A stretch of 64,000 nucleotides of DNA from Clostridia bacterium (GTDB lineage: Bacteria; Bacillota; Clostridia; Christensenellales; Aristaeellaceae): NCBI GenBank assembly GCA_017547285.1, contig JAFYQB010000033.1:1678-65677 (forward strand). The letters are read 5' to 3'. A program made the translations under genes and the position numbers. Positions 60,139 through 64,000 of the stretch are shown one piece after another; the first letter of the stretch is position 1; every line of letters starts with the position of its first letter. The notes below the pieces were generated by a model, which searched no databases, was not told where the DNA came from, and saw only the letters and a list, made by a program, of their open reading frames with translations.

Positions 60139-60915
60139 TCAAAAATCATTCAACTGAAAGTGATAGGAATATTCCGATGGGGAGGTGTCCATCATTTTTT
60201 TAAACACCACAGAAAAATATTTGGGATCGTTAAAGCCGGATTGCTCTGCAACATCTGCAATGCTGAAATAATCCGTTCTCAGCAGCGAAACGGCTTTCTG
60301 GATCCGTTTCTGCAAAAGGTACTGTTTGGGAGAAACGCCGTTTTCCTTCATAAACAGCCGCCGCAAATAAACCTCGCTGATATGCAGCTCGCGCGCCAGA
60401 TCGGCAATATAAAAATCTTTTCGAAGATAGTTGTTTTCCATCAGTTGCATCGATTTTTCCACCAAAGGATGTACTGTTTTATACACCTTGTTTTCCTCAT
60501 GCGCCAGTGCAAAAATCTGATACAGAATGGCAGCCGTCTGCAACCGATAGCCGGTCTGGCGGGCGTTCCAGCAGTTCAGCGCCTGCCGGAACAGCTGCTC
60601 ATAGGCTTCGGGATGCCTGGGTACAAACATTTCCAGCTGATTGGAAAAATACGTATGGCTTTCAAAGTGGATCACGATCAGGTTATCCCTTCTGGTGATC
60701 CGGTTATAGGGCATATGCGCCGGAAAATGGCACAGCGTATGGCTTACATCATATACCTTGCCTCCGCATTCGACCTGTGTATCCGAATCATAACGAAAAG
60801 AGAGCGCACTGAAAGGCCGCCCCTGATTGGTATATTTCCGGTTTTCCTGATGCAGCTCCAATACATCCAGAATCGAAAAGCCGATATTATCCCTCTCGAA
60901 AATCAAATCGATCAC
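60139..60915 (-). CDS. AraC-family transcriptional regulator
   Basis: 258 aa, GTG start. The HTH signature is IADLARELHISEVYLRRLF...GFNDPKYFSVVFKK. It is AT-richer than its surroundings. Confidence 0.85.
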   Translation of the reverse strand: MIDLIFERDNIGFSILDVLELHQENRKYTNQGRPFSALSFRYDSDTQVECGGKVYDVSHTLCHFPAHMPYNRITRRDNLIVIHFESHTYFSNQLEMFVPRHPEAYEQLFRQALNCWNARQTGYRLQTAAILYQIFALAHEENKVYKTVHPLVEKSMQLMENNYLRKDFYIADLARELHISEVYLRRLFMKENGVSPKQYLLQKRIQKAVSLLRTDYFSIADVAEQSGFNDPKYFSVVFKKMMDTSPSEYSYHFQLNDF

Positions 60916-61090
60916 CGCCTTGTTTGTTTCGATTATATTCCTGCCAGTTTCGTTTTGTCAACCTATTGTACCGGTTTGACAGTTTACTTGTGCTGCAGGC
61001 TGTGATATATTATGAACAATCAGATGCATATGGCTTGTTGGCTGTATGCGGCATTGCGGAAAAGTGGATATCTTAAGGGAGGTTATTTTC

Positions 61091-62443
61091 ATGAGCGAAA
61101 GAGCCAAGCAGGTGCTTAAGTATTTTGAGGAGCAAAAGGATTATCTGAACGCCCGCGTAACCAGCGGCATCGAACTGTATCGCAAGGGCAGCGCTCGCAT
61201 CCGCGTGGTGGATGAAAACGGCGATCCCGTAAAGGGCGCTGTGATCGACGCCAAGGAAACCAAGCAGGATTTCAAGTTCGGCGCCAACACCTTTATGATC
61301 GACGAGCTGGAAACCCCCGAAAAGAACGAGATCTACAAGAAGAAGTTCCCCGAACTGTTCAACCTGGGCACCATTCCCTTCTACTGGATGGATCTGGAGC
61401 CCGAAGAAGGCAAGCCCCGTTTTGCCAAGGACAGCCCCAAGGTCTACCGCCGTCCTGCTACCGACCTGTGCGTGGACTATTGCCTTGAAAACGGCATCGA
61501 GCCCAAGCTGCACTGCCTGAACTACGATCAGTTCACCCCCCAGTGGGCACGCGGCCGCAGCATCAAGGAGCATAAGGAGCTGCTGATCAAGCGTTTCCGC
61601 GAAATCGGCGAGCGCTATGCCAAGCTGATCCCCATGATCGAAGTCACCAATGAAACCTATTGCCTCAGCAACGTCAACGGCCGCGGCACTCCCTTCTTCT
61701 GGGAAGATGATTTCTGCGACTGGTCCTTCCGCGAGGCTCAGAAGTACTTCCCCGGCAACGAGCTGATCATCAACGAAGCCGGCATCCAGTGGAGCAGCCC
61801 CAACGCGCTGACCAACCGCAACCCCTACTATCAGCAGGTGGAAAAGCTGCTCAGGGACGGCGCGCCCGTGCACGGCATCGGCCTGCAGTATCACTCCTTC
61901 GTGAAGCGCGAGGACGAAGTCAAGTCCTTCGCCAAGCCCGACGGCCGCTATGCGCCTGAGTATGTATTCGCCATCCTGGACAAGCTGAGCGAGCTGAACC
62001 TGCCCCTGCAGATCACCGAGATGACCATTCCCGCCTACAGCTGGGAGGAAGAGGACGAAGCCATCCAGGCCGAACTGCTCAAGAACGTCTACTCCATGTT
62101 CTTCGCCCAGAAGAATATGGAAGCGATCATCTACTGGAATCTGCCCGACGGCTACGCTTACCGTGCCGAGCCTGGCGACATGACCTGCGGCGAGAACTAC
62201 TACTACGGCGGTCTGCTGCGCTTTGACATGAGCGAAAAGCCCGGTTTCAAGACCCTCAAGAAGCTGATCCGCGAAGACTGGATGACCAACACCCAGATCG
62301 TGACCGATGAGGACGGCTATGCCACCCTGCGCGGCTTCCACGGCGATTATGAACTGACCGTCCACGCCAACGAAAAGTCCTCTGTTCACACCTTCAAGAT
62401 GACCAAGGAAGACCTGAGCAACAGCGCAACTCTGACCATCTAA
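61091..62443 (+). CDS. GH10-family glycoside hydrolase (intracellular xylanase-like)
   Basis: ORF trimmed to ATG 61091 (AGGGAGG RBS). IEVTNET is acid/base-like and LQITEMTIP is nucleophile-like. No signal peptide. Confidence 0.7.
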   Translation: MSERAKQVLKYFEEQKDYLNARVTSGIELYRKGSARIRVVDENGDPVKGAVIDAKETKQDFKFGANTFMIDELETPEKNEIYKKKFPELFNLGTIPFYWMDLEPEEGKPRFAKDSPKVYRRPATDLCVDYCLENGIEPKLHCLNYDQFTPQWARGRSIKEHKELLIKRFREIGERYAKLIPMIEVTNETYCLSNVNGRGTPFFWEDDFCDWSFREAQKYFPGNELIINEAGIQWSSPNALTNRNPYYQQVEKLLRDGAPVHGIGLQYHSFVKREDEVKSFAKPDGRYAPEYVFAILDKLSELNLPLQITEMTIPAYSWEEEDEAIQAELLKNVYSMFFAQKNMEAIIYWNLPDGYAYRAEPGDMTCGENYYYGGLLRFDMSEKPGFKTLKKLIREDWMTNTQIVTDEDGYATLRGFHGDYELTVHANEKSSVHTFKMTKEDLSNSATLTI

Positions 62444-62476
62444 CATCTCTAATGTAAAAAACGGAAACATAAGTTC

Positions 62477-62836
62477 ACACAGGATACGGCAGAGGTAATG
62501 GCTGTATACGGTGGAGAATATTTCAAAGGAACGCCTGCCATCACATGCAATCGTTATGGAGAAGGAAAAGTCTATTACATTGCTACTGTCGGTTCGCAGA
62601 TGCTGTATCATTATCTGATTCGCCAGATCCTTGCGCAGAATGAAATTCCGTTTATATCGGATCTTCCTGCACGTGTAGAGATCACAAAGCGTTCCGGCTG
62701 CAGCATAAATGCGTACTTTATTTTCAACAACGATCGCACCGGGAAGGATTTCACTCTATTTGGCGAACCGTGCCATTTGTCCCCCTTTGAAATGAAAATC
62801 ATCAAGGAAAAGGGAATTTCTGCAGGCAAAGCATGA
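62477..62836 (+). pseudogene. 3'-terminal remnant of a GH42 beta-galactosidase gene
   Basis: Only ~115 codons are present. AEVMAVYGGEYFKGTPAITCNRYGEGKVYYIAT...LSPFEMKII matches the C-terminal domain pattern of ~680-aa GH42 enzymes. The reading frame is closed by a TAA at 62450-62452, just after the GH10 stop. GC content is lower here. Confidence 0.65.
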
Positions 62837-62853
62837 GACGCCCTTAACGACAA

Positions 62854-62908
62854 ACACAATGCCAAAGCCCCTGAAGCCATAAAGGTTTCAGGGGCTTTGG
62901 CATTGTGT
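62854..62908. terminator. very strong bidirectional hairpin (22-bp stem)
   Basis: acacaatgccaaagcccctgaa/ttcaggggctttggcattgtgt is a perfect stem with an 11-nt loop. It lies between the GH42 remnant and the convergent activase gene. Confidence 0.65.
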
Positions 62909-62921
62909 GAAGAGAAGAAAG

Positions 62922-63767
62922 CTACAAAACCATCACAGGAAAATTTCGGTTTTGGAAAGGTTCCAGAATGATTTGAGGCGCCAGGTCTGTATGAAAATCC
63001 GGGCGATAATTCATTCCGATCATCTCGTATTTGGCTCCTGCTGTTTGATGGTAGGGAAGAAGCTCTACGCGCACAAGCGGCCCTGGATTTTCAAGCAAAG
63101 CTGCCGTGTTTTCCAAATTTTCCGCATCGTCATTGACGCCGGGAATCAGTGGGATTCGTATGATGTAGGGTGTGTTTCCAAGCTTCAGCAGATTCAGGTT
63201 TTGAAGAATACGCACATTTTCAACACCGGTGTACCGTTTATGCTTCGTGTTGTCTGCCAGTTTTATATCCATCATCACCAATCGAACGGCGTTTTGCATA
63301 CGCAAAAACAGGTTTTCATCTGCATAACCGGACGTTTCAACAGCAACATGGATTTCCGGAAGAAAAGCGATGACCTGCTCGATGAAATCCCACTGCAGCA
63401 GGGGCTCGCCGCCTGAAAAAGTTACCCCGCCGTTGCTGGCATCAAAGGCCACTTTGTTTTTCACAAGCCGCTCCGCCAGAGCTTGCGCCGTCCAGGCTGT
63501 GCCCGCAATGCGGCGCAAGCCAAGAGGACAATGTGAAACGCACTTTCCGCAAGCTGTACATTTTTCGTTTTCACATACCTGGCGGCAGCTTCCGCAGTTC
63601 CTGCATGCTGCACGGCTAAACAGCAATTGAGGTTGTTTCGACAGTCCTTCCGGGTTATGACACCACTGACAACGCAGCGGACAGCCTTTCATAAATACCG
63701 TTGTGCGAATACCGGGACCGTCATAGATGGCAAATTCCTTGATATCAAATACGATTCCGCTGTTCAT
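62922..63767 (-). CDS. glycyl-radical enzyme activating protein (radical SAM, with an auxiliary ferredoxin-like insert)
   Basis: 281 aa. The CPLRCQWCHNPE radical-SAM cluster motif follows DGPGIRTTVFMKG. CRNCGSCRQVCENEKCTACGKCVSHCP provides two extra clusters. Confidence 0.9.
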   Translation of the reverse strand: MNSGIVFDIKEFAIYDGPGIRTTVFMKGCPLRCQWCHNPEGLSKQPQLLFSRAACRNCGSCRQVCENEKCTACGKCVSHCPLGLRRIAGTAWTAQALAERLVKNKVAFDASNGGVTFSGGEPLLQWDFIEQVIAFLPEIHVAVETSGYADENLFLRMQNAVRLVMMDIKLADNTKHKRYTGVENVRILQNLNLLKLGNTPYIIRIPLIPGVNDDAENLENTAALLENPGPLVRVELLPYHQTAGAKYEMIGMNYRPDFHTDLAPQIILEPFQNRNFPVMVL

Positions 63768-63771
63768 AGCC

Positions 63772-64000
63772 TTACAAACTCAGCTCGGCACGGCTGATAA
63801 TATGATCCTGATAGCACTTGTCCAGTTCAACAAAATATCCGCTCCAGCCCCATACACGGACAATCAGATTGCGGTAGGCTTCCGGATGCTTCTGCGCATC
63901 CAGCAGCTGGTCGCGGTTGACCGTGTTCAGCTGCAGCTGATGTCCGCCCAGATCAATGAAGAGCTTGACCAAAGCAGCTACCTTTGCAATGGCTTCATCA
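63772..64000 (-). CDS. glycyl radical enzyme (PFL-like), C-terminal end; the gene continues beyond the right edge
   Basis: The terminal sequence is ...LNTVNRDQLLDAQKHPEAYRNLIVRVWGWSGYFVELDKCYQDHIISRAELSL, containing the glycyl-radical fingerprint RVxG[FWY]. The stop lies 5 nt before the activase start. Confidence 0.85.
   Translation of the reverse strand, partial: DEAIAKVAALVKLFIDLGGHQLQLNTVNRDQLLDAQKHPEAYRNLIVRVWGWSGYFVELDKCYQDHIISRAELSL

Overview
This is a GC-rich chromosomal segment (high-50s % by eye, not computed). Nearly every gene has a GGAGG-type ribosome-binding site. Gene content looks like a saccharolytic gut anaerobe, possibly an Oscillospirales-like Clostridia member, but the taxon cannot be proven from this window. 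I support about 62 protein genes, one tRNA-Arg(CCG), one pseudogene fragment, and a set of sigma-70-type promoters and hairpin terminators. I saw no rRNA, CRISPR array, transposase or integrase.

Layout:
- 1-11.2 kb: glycoside-utilisation genes. GH127, GH4, two PHP phosphoesterases, GH36 and a flavoprotein lie on the minus strand. NahK-like anomeric kinase, a HAD hydrolase and GH3 lie on the plus strand.
- 11.4-14 kb: bcp, a HIT protein and a split chrA pair.
- 14.1-18.9 kb: GH43 plus an LplABC-type ABC importer.
- 19-28.2 kb: GNAT, carboxylesterase, AraC, an LCP protein, htpG with a perfect CIRCE operator, hisS and an MFS transporter.
- 28.3-41.2 kb: an orphan ABC-type ATPase, then a 15-gene ethanolamine-utilisation microcompartment operon. 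The operon also carries pduL, pduS and pduT. No regulator, eutH or alcohol dehydrogenase lies in the operon or next to it within this window.
- 41.3 kb: tRNA-Arg followed by an AT-rich junction.
- 41.6-62.4 kb: four AraC-associated carbohydrate modules. One has two paralogous QueG/reductive-dehalogenase-like Fe-S proteins with a divergent GH20-like protein. One has an ABC importer and a serine hydrolase. One has an SDR, RraA-like protein, lactonase, enolase-superfamily dehydratase and a transporter. One has an SGNH hydrolase, a 644-aa protein of unknown function and GH10.
- 62.4-64 kb: a GH42 remnant, a glycyl-radical-enzyme activase, and the 3' end of a glycyl radical enzyme.

Most interesting observations:
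- the QueG-like pair with the GH20-like module;
- the regulator-less EUT/PDU hybrid locus, which shows five encapsulation-peptide-like helices;
- two families of structured intergenic repeats;
- a recurrent A/T-rich quasi-palindrome upstream of the AraC-linked operons;
- an unusual RVWGW glycyl-radical motif.

The many very long ORFs in the track that run antisense to these genes are shadow ORFs.
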